Positions 9,768 through 20,074 of a stretch of 64,000 nucleotides of DNA are shown here, piece after piece. This DNA is from Candidatus Flavonifractor merdavium (GTDB taxonomy: Bacteria > Bacillota > Clostridia > Oscillospirales > Oscillospiraceae), in NCBI GenBank assembly GCA_019119335.1, contig DWXF01000036.1, forward strand, positions 29,760-93,759, given 5' to 3'. The notes beneath the pieces were generated by a model. It did no database searches. It worked only from the letters and a program-made list of their open reading frames with translations, and had not been told where the DNA came from. The position numbers and the translations under genes were made by a program. Every line of letters starts with the position of its first letter. The stretch's first letter is position 1.

Positions 9768-10142
9768 TTACTTGACGGCGACGGCCTCGATCTCGAAGAG
9801 CGCGCCCTTGGGCAGCGCGGCCACCTGCACGCAGGAGCGGGCGGGAGCCTCGCCGGTGAAGTACTCGGCATAGATGGCGTTGATGGCGGCGAAGTCGTTG
9901 ATGTCAGCCAGGAACACGGTGGTCTTGGTGACGTCGCAGAAGTCCATGCCGCCGGCCTTCAGCACGGCGCCCAGGTTGTCCAGGGCCTGACGGGCCTGGG
10001 CCTCCACACCGGCGGGCAGCTCTCCGGTGGCGGGCACCAGGCCCAGCTGTCCGGAGGTGTACAGGGTGTTGCCGGCCAGCTTGGCGTGGCAGTAGGGGCC
10101 CACGGCGGCGGGGGCGTTGGTGGCGGTAATGGTCTGATTCAT
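9768..10142 (-). CDS. ridA: RidA/YjgF-family enamine deaminase
   Basis: APAAVGPY, SGQLG and PARSCVQVAALPKGALFEIEA motifs. Confidence 0.9.
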   Translation of the reverse strand: MNQTITATNAPAAVGPYCHAKLAGNTLYTSGQLGLVPATGELPAGVEAQARQALDNLGAVLKAGGMDFCDVTKTTVFLADINDFAAINAIYAEYFTGEAPARSCVQVAALPKGALFEIEAVAVK

Positions 10143-10260
10143 AAAAGATTCCTCCTTATAAAATGTTGCATGTGTTCGCTTCCATTATAATAGGGCGCAG
10201 AAAAAAATCAAGGACTACTTAAAATTTTTCTGCGCCCATGCAAGAAAAATATGGGAAAGC

Positions 10261-10315
10261 CTTCACAAAAGGGTAAGAGGGACTTTGCAAAAAATTAAGA
10301 AAGTTTTGTTATCCT
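10261..10315 (+). promoter_or_regulatory. Putative BceR-type response regulator boxes and extended -10 of the ABC transporter operon
   Basis: TCACA-AAAG-GGTAAG (10263-10277), a weaker copy 22 nt later, and TGtTATCCT at 10307-10315 with no good -35. Confidence 0.4.
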
Positions 10316-10342
10316 GAGACAAACGAAAGGGAGGATACAGCG

Positions 10343-11110
10343 ATGGAACCGATTTTACGAGTAGAACATCTGGTGCGGGAGTACGGCGGCAAAGGCAGCC
10401 TGACCCGGGCCATTGACGACGTGAGCTTTGAAGTGGAGCAGGGGGAGTTTGTGGGCATTATGGGGGCGTCGGGCAGCGGCAAGTCCACCCTGCTCAACTG
10501 CGTGTCCACCATTGACACCCCCACCGGCGGCAGAATCTATGTGGAGGGCCGGGAGGTGACCCGGCTTAAGCCCAAGCAGATCTCCCGCTTCCGCCGGGAG
10601 CGGCTGGGCTTTGTGTTCCAGGACTGCAATCTGCTGGACACCCTCACCGCCTTTGAAAATATCGCCCTGGCCCTCACCATTCGCCGGGTGGCCCCGGGGC
10701 TGGTGGAGAAAAAGGTGCGGGAGACCGCCCAGCTGCTGGAGATCGGCGACTGCATGGACAAATACCCCTATCAGATGTCCGGCGGCCAGCGGCAGCGGAC
10801 GGCGGCGGCCCGGGCCATCGTCACCGGCCCCGCCCTGGTGCTGGCCGACGAGCCCACCGGAGCTCTGGATTCCAAATCCGCCAAGCTGCTGCTGGACCGG
10901 TTTGAGGCGTTGAACCGCCAGCGGGAGGCCACCATCCTCATGGTCACCCACGACGCCTTTACCGCCAGCTACTGCCACCGGATCCTGTTCCTCCAGGACG
11001 GGGCGGTGCTCACCCAGCTGGAGCGGGGAGAGCGGAGCCGCCGGGACTTTTTCCGGCAGATCATCGGCGTGGTGACCCAGCTGGGAGGTGACCAGAGCGA
11101 TGTTCTCTAA
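10343..11110 (+). CDS. ABC transporter ATP-binding protein (BceA/LolD-like)
   Basis: Walker A GASGSGKS, signature MSGGQRQR, Walker B LADEPTGALD, VTHD. Confidence 0.92.
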   Translation: MEPILRVEHLVREYGGKGSLTRAIDDVSFEVEQGEFVGIMGASGSGKSTLLNCVSTIDTPTGGRIYVEGREVTRLKPKQISRFRRERLGFVFQDCNLLDTLTAFENIALALTIRRVAPGLVEKKVRETAQLLEIGDCMDKYPYQMSGGQRQRTAAARAIVTGPALVLADEPTGALDSKSAKLLLDRFEALNRQREATILMVTHDAFTASYCHRILFLQDGAVLTQLERGERSRRDFFRQIIGVVTQLGGDQSDVL

Positions 11111-12872
11111 GCTGGCCTGGAAAAACGTCCGCCGCAGCGTGAAGGACTACGGGGTTTGGTTCCTCACCATTGCCTTCGGCGTGTGCCTGTTCTACGTGTT
11201 CAATGCCCTGGAAAACCAGTCGGTGCTCCGCTTTCTGGCCCAGAACCCCAAGGTCAACGTGGTAGAGGCCATCCAGCGGCTCATCGGCATCCTGTCCGCC
11301 TTTGTGTGGGCGGTGCTGGCCTTCCTGATCCTTTACGCCTCCGGATTTCTCATCCGCCGCCGCAAAAGCGAGCTGGGCACCTACCTGCTGTTGGGTATGG
11401 AGCGCTGGCAGGTGGCCCGGCTGCTGCTGGTGGAGACGGTGTGTATCGGCGTGCTGGCCCTGGCGGCGGGGCTGGCTTTGGGCGTCCTGGCCGCCTGGGG
11501 CCTGAGCGCCTTTACCGCCACGCTGTTCGCCGTGCCCATGACCTTTTTCACCTTTGAGCTGTCCCTGCCCGCCCTGGCCAAGACCGCCCTGGCCTTTGCC
11601 GCCATCTTTCTGCTGGTGATGGTGTACCACGCCTTCGCCGTCTCCCGGTGCAGGCTCATCGACCTGATGCGGGCCAACCGGGTGAACCAGACCCTGCGGC
11701 AGCGGAGTCTGGGGGCTTCGGTGGCCCTGTTCCTGGTGGGCGTGGTCCTGCTTGTCATCGCCTACGCCATGCTGCTGACCCGGGGTCTGCTGCGGGTGGA
11801 CGCCCTGTTCTGGGTGATGATCGGCCTGGGCAGCCTGGGCACCCTGCTGTTTTTCCGGTCCCTGTCCGGCTTTCTGCTGCGTATCTGCCAGAGCAGCAAG
11901 GGGCTTTACTACAAAAACCTCAACCTCTTTGTCCTGCGGCAGTTCAACGCCCGCATCAACACCACCTACCGCTCCATGACGGTGATCTGCCTCATGCTGC
12001 TGCTGGCCCTGGGCATCACCGCCAGCTCGGTGGGTTTGAACAATACCGTGGAGCAGATGACCAATGAGATGACCCCACGGGATATGCAGCTGATCTTCTG
12101 GAATGAGCCGGAGGACCCGGAGCCCGACCTGGCGGCCGTTTTAAAGGAAGGGGGCTTTGACCCGGAGACCGAGTGCTCCGCCTGGCTCTCCTTCCCCGTC
12201 TATCAGGGAGAGCGCTCCAACGTCCTGTCCCAGGCTGACTATGACGCCATGGTCCAGCGCTGGGGCAAGAAGGAGGCGGACGCCTTCCTGGAGCGGGAAT
12301 GGGTGGAGGTGGCCGCTGATGAAACAGCCCAGACCGCCCCGCTGAACTACTGGTACTTCCTGGCCGACTACGCCGGAGACAAGAACGCCGCCGAGGAGAA
12401 ATTTGAGGAGGCGGTGTCCGGCCTGGCCCAGCTGGGAGGCTTCAGCTGGTCCAGCAAGCTGCAGAACTGGCTGGACATGATGGGCACCAAGGTGCTGGTG
12501 CTCTTTATCGGCCTCTACCTGGGGGTGCTGTTCCTGCTGGCCTCGGCGGCGGTGCTGGCCCTTCAGCAGCTGACCCAGGCCGCCGATTCCGCCGGACAGT
12601 ACCGGACCCTGTCCCTGCTGGGGGCCCCGGCCGCCATGCGGGGACGGGCGGTGACCGCCCAGGTGTTCCTGGCCTTCTTCCTCCCCCTGTCCCTGGCCCT
12701 GGTTCACGCGGCGGTGGGCATGACCGCCGCCAACGCCGTCATCGCCGAGGTGGGAAAGGTGGACGCCGCCTCCTCCTCTGCCGTCACCGCCCTGCTGCTG
12801 CTGGTGGTGTACGGGGGCTACTTCCTGGCTACCTGCTGGGGAAGCCGCAGAATTTTGCGCACTTCCCGGTAA
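11100..12872 (+). CDS. FtsX-domain ABC permease (BceB-like, antimicrobial peptide resistance type)
   Basis: About 10 TM segments; RRRKSELGTYLLLGM motif; large extracellular loop before the last three TMs; overlaps the ATPase stop. Confidence 0.85.
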   Translation: MFSKLAWKNVRRSVKDYGVWFLTIAFGVCLFYVFNALENQSVLRFLAQNPKVNVVEAIQRLIGILSAFVWAVLAFLILYASGFLIRRRKSELGTYLLLGMERWQVARLLLVETVCIGVLALAAGLALGVLAAWGLSAFTATLFAVPMTFFTFELSLPALAKTALAFAAIFLLVMVYHAFAVSRCRLIDLMRANRVNQTLRQRSLGASVALFLVGVVLLVIAYAMLLTRGLLRVDALFWVMIGLGSLGTLLFFRSLSGFLLRICQSSKGLYYKNLNLFVLRQFNARINTTYRSMTVICLMLLLALGITASSVGLNNTVEQMTNEMTPRDMQLIFWNEPEDPEPDLAAVLKEGGFDPETECSAWLSFPVYQGERSNVLSQADYDAMVQRWGKKEADAFLEREWVEVAADETAQTAPLNYWYFLADYAGDKNAAEEKFEEAVSGLAQLGGFSWSSKLQNWLDMMGTKVLVLFIGLYLGVLFLLASAAVLALQQLTQAADSAGQYRTLSLLGAPAAMRGRAVTAQVFLAFFLPLSLALVHAAVGMTAANAVIAEVGKVDAASSSAVTALLLLVVYGGYFLATCWGSRRILRTSR

Positions 12873-13003
12873 AAGAGTGAAAAAACCCTTGCAATCGGCC
12901 CCGAAATGTGCTATCATACCTCTTACGTGTGAGAGTAGGCGCGGTTTGCAAGCGCCAAACGATAGCGACATACCCCGTGCCGGGGTCGAAAGGACGATGT
13001 AGC

Positions 13004-13240
13004 GTGGATATTACCAAGCTGGTTCTGAGCATTATTGACGTGGCGGCCTGCCTGTTCCTCATCGCCGTGGTGCTGCTCCAGTCCGGCAAGAGCGCCGGCC
13101 TGTCCGGCGCCATCGCCGGTGTGGCGGACACCTTTATGGCCAAGAACAAGGCCAAGAGCTGGGACGCCAAGCTGGCCAAGATGACCAAGTGGGTGGCCAT
13201 TGGATTTATGATCCTCACCTTTGTCATCTGCCTGCTCTGA
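13004..13240 (+). CDS. secG: Preprotein translocase subunit SecG
   Basis: VLLQSGKSAGLSGAIAG motif, two TMs; GTG start after AAGGA; promoter TTGCAA-17-TATCAT at 12889-12917. Confidence 0.9.
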   Translation: MDITKLVLSIIDVAACLFLIAVVLLQSGKSAGLSGAIAGVADTFMAKNKAKSWDAKLAKMTKWVAIGFMILTFVICLL

Positions 13241-13248
13241 GAAACCGA

Positions 13249-13283
13249 GAAAACGCCCTTCCGGCTGCGGAAGGGCGTTTTTT
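13249..13283 (+). terminator. Intrinsic terminator after secG
   Basis: AAAACGCCCTTCCG-GCTG-CGGAAGGGCGTTTTTT. Confidence 0.75.
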
Positions 13284-13345
13284 GTTGAGCGCGCTTTCAA
13301 ACAGGGGTATAATACAGGAAAGCGCACAAGAGAAAGGAAATGCTT

Positions 13346-15376
13346 ATGCATCAATCAAAGGAATTGATCGGAACATATCAGGCCACCGGCCGCGGCTTTG
13401 GATTTCTCATTCCGGAGGAGGGAGAGGACTGCTTCATCCCGCCCCGGGCCCAGGGGAGCGCCTGGAACGGGGACAAGGTATCCGCCGTCATTACCGAGGA
13501 GGACCCCGCCACCGGCCGCCGGACGGCCAAGGTCACCGGCGTGCTGGAGCGGGCCAACCGGACGGTCATCGGCGTGCTGGAGAAGCACGACCGGGCCCTG
13601 TGGCTCAAGCCGGACAGCCAGCGTCTGCCCGGCCTGATCCAGGTGGCCACCAAGCGGCGCAACCTGCGGGTGGGGGAGCGGGCGGCGGTGTCCATGACCA
13701 GCTTCGGCGGCGACCGCCACCCCCCGGTGGGCACCCTGCGGGAGATCTTCGGCCCCGCCGACCAGCGGGAGAGCGCCGTGGCCGCCATCCTGTACGGCAA
13801 CGACATCCACCGGGACTTTCCCCCGGAGGTGATGGAGCAGACCCGGTCCATCCCCCAATTTGTCCAGACCGCCGCCCTGGAGGGGCGGCTGGACCTGCGG
13901 GACAAGACCATCATCACCATCGACGGAGCAACATCCAAGGACTTTGACGACGCGGTGAGCCTGGAGAAGGACGACCAGGGCCGCTGGGTGCTGGGAGTCC
14001 ACATCGCCGACGTGAGCCACTATGTCCAGCCCGGCACCCCCCTGGACCTGGAGGCCTATGAGCGGGGCACTTCGGTGTACTTTGCCGACCAGGTGGTGCC
14101 CATGCTGCCCGAGGCCCTGTCCAACGGTATCTGCTCCCTCAACCCCCAGGTGGACCGGCTGGCCCTGTCCTGCATCCTGACCCTGGACCGGGAGGGGGCC
14201 GTGGCAGACCATCGGATTGCCAAGACCGTGCTCCGGTCCGCCGAGCGGATGACTTACGGCGATTGCAACAAGCTGCTGGCAGGGGAGGACCCGGCCCTGG
14301 CGGTGAAGTACGCCCATATCCTGCCCATGCTGAAGGACATGGCCGCTCTGGCCAAGGTGCTGGAGGCTCGCCGCCGCCGCCGGGGCGGGCTGGACCTGGA
14401 GACCCAGGAGAGTCAGGTGGTGTGTGACGACCAGGGCGAGCCGGTGGCGGTTTTGCTCCGCCGTCAGGGGGAGAGCGAAAAGCTCATCGAGGCCTTTATG
14501 CTGGCCGCCAACGAGTGTGTGGCAGAGCACCTGGCCCGGGCGGGGAAGCCCTGCGTCTACCGGGTCCACGAAAAGCCCTCCACCGAAAAGACCGACGCCC
14601 TGCGTACCCTGGTGGCCCCCCTGGGTTATGATCTCAAGACTGCCGACGGCTCCGGCCTGCAGAAGCTGCTGGACTGGGCCAAGGGAAAACCGGAGGAGGG
14701 GGCGGTGTCCATGATGGTGCTCCGCTCCCTGATGAAGGCCCGGTACGACGGGGAGAACCTGGGACACTTCGGTCTGGCCGCCCCCTACTACTGCCACTTT
14801 ACCTCTCCCATCCGCCGCTACCCCGACCTGATGGTCCACCGGATCCTCACCGCCCTTCTGGACGGCAAGTGGGACAAAGAGGGGAAACGGCTGACCGCTG
14901 CTGTGCCCCGGGCCGCCCTCCAGTCCTCCCAGCGGGAGCTGGCCGCCCAGCAGGCCGAGCGGGAGATTGAAAAGCGGTATCTGGCGGAGTATATGTCCCA
15001 TCAGCTGGGGGAGAAGTTTACCGGCGCCATTACCGGCGTCACCCGGTTCGGCCTGTTCGTCATGGTGGCCGGCGGGGTGGAAGGCCTGCTGCCGGTGGAG
15101 GCCCTGCCCGGCGGGCCCTGGGAATACGACGAGGCCCGGCTTACCCTCCAGGGTCCGGGGGACCGGTATGCCCTGGGCATGGAGCTGGAGGTGGAGTGCG
15201 CCGCCGCCGATCCGGTGTCCGGCCAGATCGACTTCATCCTGCCCGGCGGCGTCCCCGTGCCCGCCCGGAAGCCCAAACCGGCGGAGCGGTCCAGACCGCC
15301 CCGCCGGAAGGAGGGGAAGGGCCGGGGCCGGTCCATGCATGTGCCTAAGCGCCGCAAAGGGGGGCGAAAGCGATGA
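13346..15376 (+). CDS. rnr: Ribonuclease R (RNB family)
   Basis: TIDGATSKDFDDA catalytic motif, HFTSPIRRYPDL, S1 domain, basic C-terminal tail. Confidence 0.9.
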   Translation: MHQSKELIGTYQATGRGFGFLIPEEGEDCFIPPRAQGSAWNGDKVSAVITEEDPATGRRTAKVTGVLERANRTVIGVLEKHDRALWLKPDSQRLPGLIQVATKRRNLRVGERAAVSMTSFGGDRHPPVGTLREIFGPADQRESAVAAILYGNDIHRDFPPEVMEQTRSIPQFVQTAALEGRLDLRDKTIITIDGATSKDFDDAVSLEKDDQGRWVLGVHIADVSHYVQPGTPLDLEAYERGTSVYFADQVVPMLPEALSNGICSLNPQVDRLALSCILTLDREGAVADHRIAKTVLRSAERMTYGDCNKLLAGEDPALAVKYAHILPMLKDMAALAKVLEARRRRRGGLDLETQESQVVCDDQGEPVAVLLRRQGESEKLIEAFMLAANECVAEHLARAGKPCVYRVHEKPSTEKTDALRTLVAPLGYDLKTADGSGLQKLLDWAKGKPEEGAVSMMVLRSLMKARYDGENLGHFGLAAPYYCHFTSPIRRYPDLMVHRILTALLDGKWDKEGKRLTAAVPRAALQSSQRELAAQQAEREIEKRYLAEYMSHQLGEKFTGAITGVTRFGLFVMVAGGVEGLLPVEALPGGPWEYDEARLTLQGPGDRYALGMELEVECAAADPVSGQIDFILPGGVPVPARKPKPAERSRPPRRKEGKGRGRSMHVPKRRKGGRKR

Positions 15377-16593
15377 CAAAACGTTGGCTCATACCGATTC
15401 TATTACTGATGGTATTTGCTTTGGCGGCCTGCGGCGGTCAGCCGGAGGCCACTCCCACGCCGGAGGCAACCCCTACTGCCACGCCAGCCCACACGCCGGA
15501 GCCCACCCCCACCCCCGACCCTATCGCGGAGCGGCTGGCGGGTATGACGGTGGAGCAGAAGGTGGGCCAGCTGCTGGTGGCGGGTATTGACGGGACCGAG
15601 CCCGGTGACGACGGCGCCCAGGCGGTGGCCGACTACCAGGTGGGGGGCGTGATCCTCTTTGGCCGCAATGTGGAAAGCGCCGGACAGCTCACCCAGCTGA
15701 CCAACGGCCTGAAGGCTCTCAACGGGGACTATGTGCCCCTGTTCCTGTCGGTGGACCAGGAGGGGGGACGGGTGGACCGGATGCCCCCCGAGGTGGAGGA
15801 GCTGCCCGCCGCCTATGACTACATCCGGGCCGGCGGCGACCCCCAGGCCCGGGGACAGGTGCTGGCGGCGGAGTGCGCCGCCTTCGGCCTCAATCTGAAT
15901 TTCTCCACCTGCCTGGACGTGTGGTCCAACCCGGAGAATACCGTCATCGGGGACCGGGCCTACGGCACCGACTGGGAGAGCGTGACCCAGGCGGGTTTGG
16001 CGGTGAACCAGGGTTTGACGGAGGGGGGCGTGATCCCGGTGGTCAAGCACTTCCCCGGCCACGGGGATACTCTGGAGGACTCCCACGAGACCCTGCCGGT
16101 GGTGGACAAGCCCCTGGAGGAGCTGAAGGAGAGCGAGCTCAAGCCCTTCCAGGCCGCCGTGGACCAGGGGGTTCCGGTGGTGATGGCGGGACACATTCTG
16201 CTGCGGCAGATTGATCCGGAGAACCCGGCCTCCCTGTCCGAGCAGGTGGTCACCGGGCTGCTCCGGCAGGAGCTGGGCTTTGACGGCGTAGTGTGTACCG
16301 ACGATCTCACCATGGCCGCCATTTCCGACAGCTACGGCATGGGGGAGGCGGCGGTGCTGGCGGTGGAGGCGGGCTGTGATCTGCTGCTGGTGTGCCATGA
16401 GGCCGACAACCTGACCGCCGCCCGGGACGCCCTGCTGGAGGCGGTGAACAGCGGGAGAATTTCCATGGACCGGCTGGATGAGAGCGTATACCGACTCCTC
16501 TCCCTGAAGGCGGAGTGGGGGCTCACCAATCTGCCGGTGGAGGGGCCCGACATAGAGGCGCTGAACGCCCGGATTCAGGCCATCCTGCCCTGA
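15373..16593 (+). CDS. nagZ: GH3 beta-N-acetylhexosaminidase, lipoprotein
   Basis: Lipobox LAAC, PT-rich linker, VDQEGGRV, KHFPGHGDTLEDSH and TDDL motifs. Confidence 0.85.
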   Translation: MTKRWLIPILLLMVFALAACGGQPEATPTPEATPTATPAHTPEPTPTPDPIAERLAGMTVEQKVGQLLVAGIDGTEPGDDGAQAVADYQVGGVILFGRNVESAGQLTQLTNGLKALNGDYVPLFLSVDQEGGRVDRMPPEVEELPAAYDYIRAGGDPQARGQVLAAECAAFGLNLNFSTCLDVWSNPENTVIGDRAYGTDWESVTQAGLAVNQGLTEGGVIPVVKHFPGHGDTLEDSHETLPVVDKPLEELKESELKPFQAAVDQGVPVVMAGHILLRQIDPENPASLSEQVVTGLLRQELGFDGVVCTDDLTMAAISDSYGMGEAAVLAVEAGCDLLLVCHEADNLTAARDALLEAVNSGRISMDRLDESVYRLLSLKAEWGLTNLPVEGPDIEALNARIQAILP

Positions 16594-16649
16594 CAGAACA
16601 AAACGGTACCCCGTCCAGTTATGGACGGGGTACTGTTTTTGCTATGCGT

Positions 16650-17519
16650 TCAGCCGCAGCCGCCGCAGCGCTGGCAGGCGGCGGGAGTGGCGGCGCAGCC
16701 CCCCAGGGCGGTCTCCCGCAGTTCCACGGGGAGGCGGCGGCCCACGTTGTACATGGCGGAGAGCATCTCGTCAAAGGGGATCAGCTGGGGCACGCCGCTG
16801 AGGGCCAGCTCGGCGGCCACCAGGGCGTTAGCCACCCCGGCGGCGTTGCGGCTCTGGCAGGGGTACTCCACCAGCCCGCCCACTGGGTCGCACACCAGCC
16901 CCAGCATATTCATCAGCACGGTGGAGGCGGCATCCAGGCACTGGTCCGGCTCACCGCCCATCAGCTCCACCGCGGCGGAGGCCGCCATGGCGGCGGCGAT
17001 GCCCACCTCCGCCTGACAGCCCCCCACCGCTCCGGCCACGGTGGCGTTGCGCATGGCCAGATAGCCCACCGCTCCGGCGTTGAACAGGCCGTCCAGCAGC
17101 CGCTGGTCGGAAATATGGTACTCCTCCTGCAGGGCCAGCAGCAGGGCGGGCACCACTCCGGAGGAGCCGGCGGTGGGGGCGGCCACAATGAGGCCCATGG
17201 AGGCGTTGGTCTCCAGCACCGCCATGGCGTAGGTGATGGCCCGCTGGAGCACCGGGCCGCAGATACCCTGCTTGCTGCCGGCGTGCTGGGCCAGACGTCC
17301 GGCCTCTCCGCCGATGAGTCCCCCCATGGAGCGCTGGGGGTTTTTCAGCGGCTCCATGGCGGAGGAGCGCATGATCTCCAGAGTCCGGGTCATCCGGCGC
17401 TCCACCTGGTCCGCTGTGGTCTCCCCCAGCGCGCACTCCCGGCGGCGCATGACCTGGGAGATGGGAAGGCCCTCCTGATGGCACAGCTCCAGCAGCTCGT
17501 TTCCATTTTTGAAGTCCAT
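16650..17519 (-). CDS. sdaAA: L-serine dehydratase, Fe-S dependent, alpha subunit
   Basis: APTAGSSG, GGCQAEVG, LGLVCDPVGGLVEYPC and LRETALGG motifs. Confidence 0.93.
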   Translation of the reverse strand: MDFKNGNELLELCHQEGLPISQVMRRRECALGETTADQVERRMTRTLEIMRSSAMEPLKNPQRSMGGLIGGEAGRLAQHAGSKQGICGPVLQRAITYAMAVLETNASMGLIVAAPTAGSSGVVPALLLALQEEYHISDQRLLDGLFNAGAVGYLAMRNATVAGAVGGCQAEVGIAAAMAASAAVELMGGEPDQCLDAASTVLMNMLGLVCDPVGGLVEYPCQSRNAAGVANALVAAELALSGVPQLIPFDEMLSAMYNVGRRLPVELRETALGGCAATPAACQRCGGCG

Positions 17520-17531
17520 ACCTTCCCCTCC

Positions 17532-18200
17532 TTACGGCTGCACCAGCATAACGTCCTGAATGTTGGGGTTGCCCATGAGCTGGCCGGAGATGCCGTCGGG
17601 GAGGCTGCCGTCCGACTCAATGATGCTGTACGCCGTGAGACCCTTGGACTCCCGGAACAGGCGCATGAAGGCGATATTTACGTTGTGGTCGCTGAGCACC
17701 CGGGTGATGTGGGCCACCACGCCGGGGGTATCCCGGTGGACCACGATGACGGCGCTGTACTCCCCGGTAAAGTCCACCTTTACGCCGTTGATGCGGATGA
17801 TCTTCACCTTGCCGCCCCCCAGAGACACTCCCCGCACCGTCATAACCCGGCCGGCGGCGTTCTCCATGCGGATGTCCACGGTGTTGGGGTGCAGCTCGGT
17901 TTCGGTTTCGTCGGTGGTGAAGGAGAAGGCCAGCCCTCGCTCACCGGCCAGCCGGAAGGAGTCCCGGATGCGGGCGTCGTCGGTGGCAAAGCCCAGGATG
18001 CCCCCCAGCAGGGCCCGGTCGGTGCCGTGGCCCCGGTAGGTCTTGGCAAAGGAGCCGTAGAGGGTGAACGCTACCCGGGTCAGGGGCGGGGCAATCAGCT
18101 TCCGGGCCAGCCCGGCGATGACCGCCGCCCCGGCGGTGTGGGAGCTGGAGGGGCCGATCATATTGGGCCCCAGTACGTCAAACACGCTGATAAAGGACAT
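17532..18200 (-). CDS. sdaAB: L-serine dehydratase beta subunit with ACT domain
   Basis: IGPSSSHTAGA, GHGTDRA and HPNT motifs; start at ATG 18200, 7 nt after GGAGG. Confidence 0.93.
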   Translation of the reverse strand: MSFISVFDVLGPNMIGPSSSHTAGAAVIAGLARKLIAPPLTRVAFTLYGSFAKTYRGHGTDRALLGGILGFATDDARIRDSFRLAGERGLAFSFTTDETETELHPNTVDIRMENAAGRVMTVRGVSLGGGKVKIIRINGVKVDFTGEYSAVIVVHRDTPGVVAHITRVLSDHNVNIAFMRLFRESKGLTAYSIIESDGSLPDGISGQLMGNPNIQDVMLVQP

Positions 18201-18291
18201 GCTCATGCCTCCATAACGGCGATTTATCCTGATAGGAGAAAGGGCTTGCCGTCCGCGTATGGCGGAGGGCAAGCCCTCGGAACTGTGGGTG

Positions 18292-19839
18292 CTATTTGGC
18301 GTAATCCACCACTTTGGTCTCCCGGATCATGTTGACCTTGATCTGACCGGGATACTCCAGCTCTTCCTCGATCTTCTTGGCGATGTCCCGGGCCAGCAGC
18401 ACCATCTGGTCCTCGCTGACCTTGTCGGGAGCCACCATGATGCGGACCTCCCGGCCCGCCTGGATGGCAAAGGACTTTTCCACTCCGGGGAAGGAGGAGG
18501 TGACCTCCTCCAGCTTCTCCAGACGCTTGATATAGTTCTCCAGATTCTCCCGCCGGGCGCCGGGCCGGGCGGCGGAGATAGCGTCGGCGGCCTGGACGAT
18601 GCAGGCCACGATGGTGCGGGGCTCCACATCGTTGTGGTGGGCCTCGATGGCGTGGACCACGTCCTCGTTCTCCCGGTACTTCCGGGCCAGCTCCACGCCG
18701 ATCTGCACATGGGAGCCCTCCACCTCATGGTCGATGGACTTGCCCAGGTCGTGGAGCAGGCCGGCCCGCTTGGCCTGGGTCACGTCGGCGCCGATCTCGG
18801 CGGCGATGAGCCCCGCCAGATGGGCCACCTCGATGGAGTGGTTGAGTACGTTCTGGCCGTAGCTGGTGCGGTAGCGCATCCGGCCCAGCAGCTTGATGAG
18901 CTCGGGGTGCAGGCCGTGGACGTTGGTCTCAAAGACGGCCCGCTCGCCCTCGGCCTTGATGGTGGCGTCCACCTCCCGCTTGGCCTTCTCCACCATCTCC
19001 TCGATACGGGTGGGGTGGATACGACCGTCCTGGATGAGCTTCTCCAGGGCGATGCGGGCGATTTCCCGGCGGACCGGGTCGAAGCTGGAGACCGTGATGG
19101 CCTCCGGCGTGTCGTCGATGATCAGGTCCACCCCGGTCATGGTCTCCAGGGTGCGGATGTTGCGGCCTTCCCGGCCGATGATACGGCCCTTCATCTCGTC
19201 ATTGGGCAGGGGTACCACACTGACGGTGGCTTCCGCCACATGGTCGGCGGCGCAGCGCTGGATGGCAAGGGAGAGAATCTCCTTGGCCTTCTGGTCGGCC
19301 TCCTCCTTGAACTGGGCCTCGATCTCCCGGACCTTCATGGCCGACTCGTGGGTGACCTCCTCAGCCAGCTGGTTGATGAGGTAGTTCTTGGCCTCCTCGG
19401 CGGTGAAGCCGGAGATCCGCTCCAGCACCTCCATCTGGGTCTTTTTCACGGTGGACACTTCCTCCCGGGCCTCGTCCAGCTCGGCCAGCTTGCGCTGCAG
19501 GGTGTCCTCCTTCTTTTCAATGTTCTCAGTCTTGCGGTCCAGATTTTCTTCCTTCTGCTGGAGCCGGCGCTCCTGCTTCTGCAGGTCGGCCCGGCGCTCC
19601 TTTACCTCGCGCTCATACTCGTTGCGGGCCTGGAGGATCTCCTCCTTGGCCTCCACCAGCGCCTCCCGCTTTTTGCTCTCGGCGCTCTTGATGGACTCGT
19701 TGATGATCCGCTTGGCCTCTTCCTCGGCGCTGGAGATCTCCTTTTCGGCCACCTTCTTGCGCCACTGAATGCCGGCGGGGAAGCCTATGGCAAGTGCGAC
19801 CACAGCGGTGATCACACAGGCGATAATTGTCTGCATCAA
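18292..19839 (-). CDS. rny: Ribonuclease Y
   Basis: N-terminal TM, coiled coil, KH motif [16 protein letters not shown] domain LLHDLGK. Confidence 0.96.
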   Translation of the reverse strand: MMQTIIACVITAVVALAIGFPAGIQWRKKVAEKEISSAEEEAKRIINESIKSAESKKREALVEAKEEILQARNEYEREVKERRADLQKQERRLQQKEENLDRKTENIEKKEDTLQRKLAELDEAREEVSTVKKTQMEVLERISGFTAEEAKNYLINQLAEEVTHESAMKVREIEAQFKEEADQKAKEILSLAIQRCAADHVAEATVSVVPLPNDEMKGRIIGREGRNIRTLETMTGVDLIIDDTPEAITVSSFDPVRREIARIALEKLIQDGRIHPTRIEEMVEKAKREVDATIKAEGERAVFETNVHGLHPELIKLLGRMRYRTSYGQNVLNHSIEVAHLAGLIAAEIGADVTQAKRAGLLHDLGKSIDHEVEGSHVQIGVELARKYRENEDVVHAIEAHHNDVEPRTIVACIVQAADAISAARPGARRENLENYIKRLEKLEEVTSSFPGVEKSFAIQAGREVRIMVAPDKVSEDQMVLLARDIAKKIEEELEYPGQIKVNMIRETKVVDYAK

Positions 19840-20074
19840 GGCTGAAATACACCTCCCTTTCTGAAATTTTCAAAGTTCGATCTTGGTATATTTGACGTTT
19901 GCAGCCGGACAAAACTTGTCCAACCTGCACAAAAGTGGAAGAACGTACCCCTCGTTCTTCAAAATACTACACCTAGACTATTTTAAGGCCTGGGGTATCC
20001 TTCTGTCAAGGAAATTCGTGTGCGCACAAAAACCCCCGGACCGGTTCCGGTCCGGGGGCAAATATAGGGCGGTC

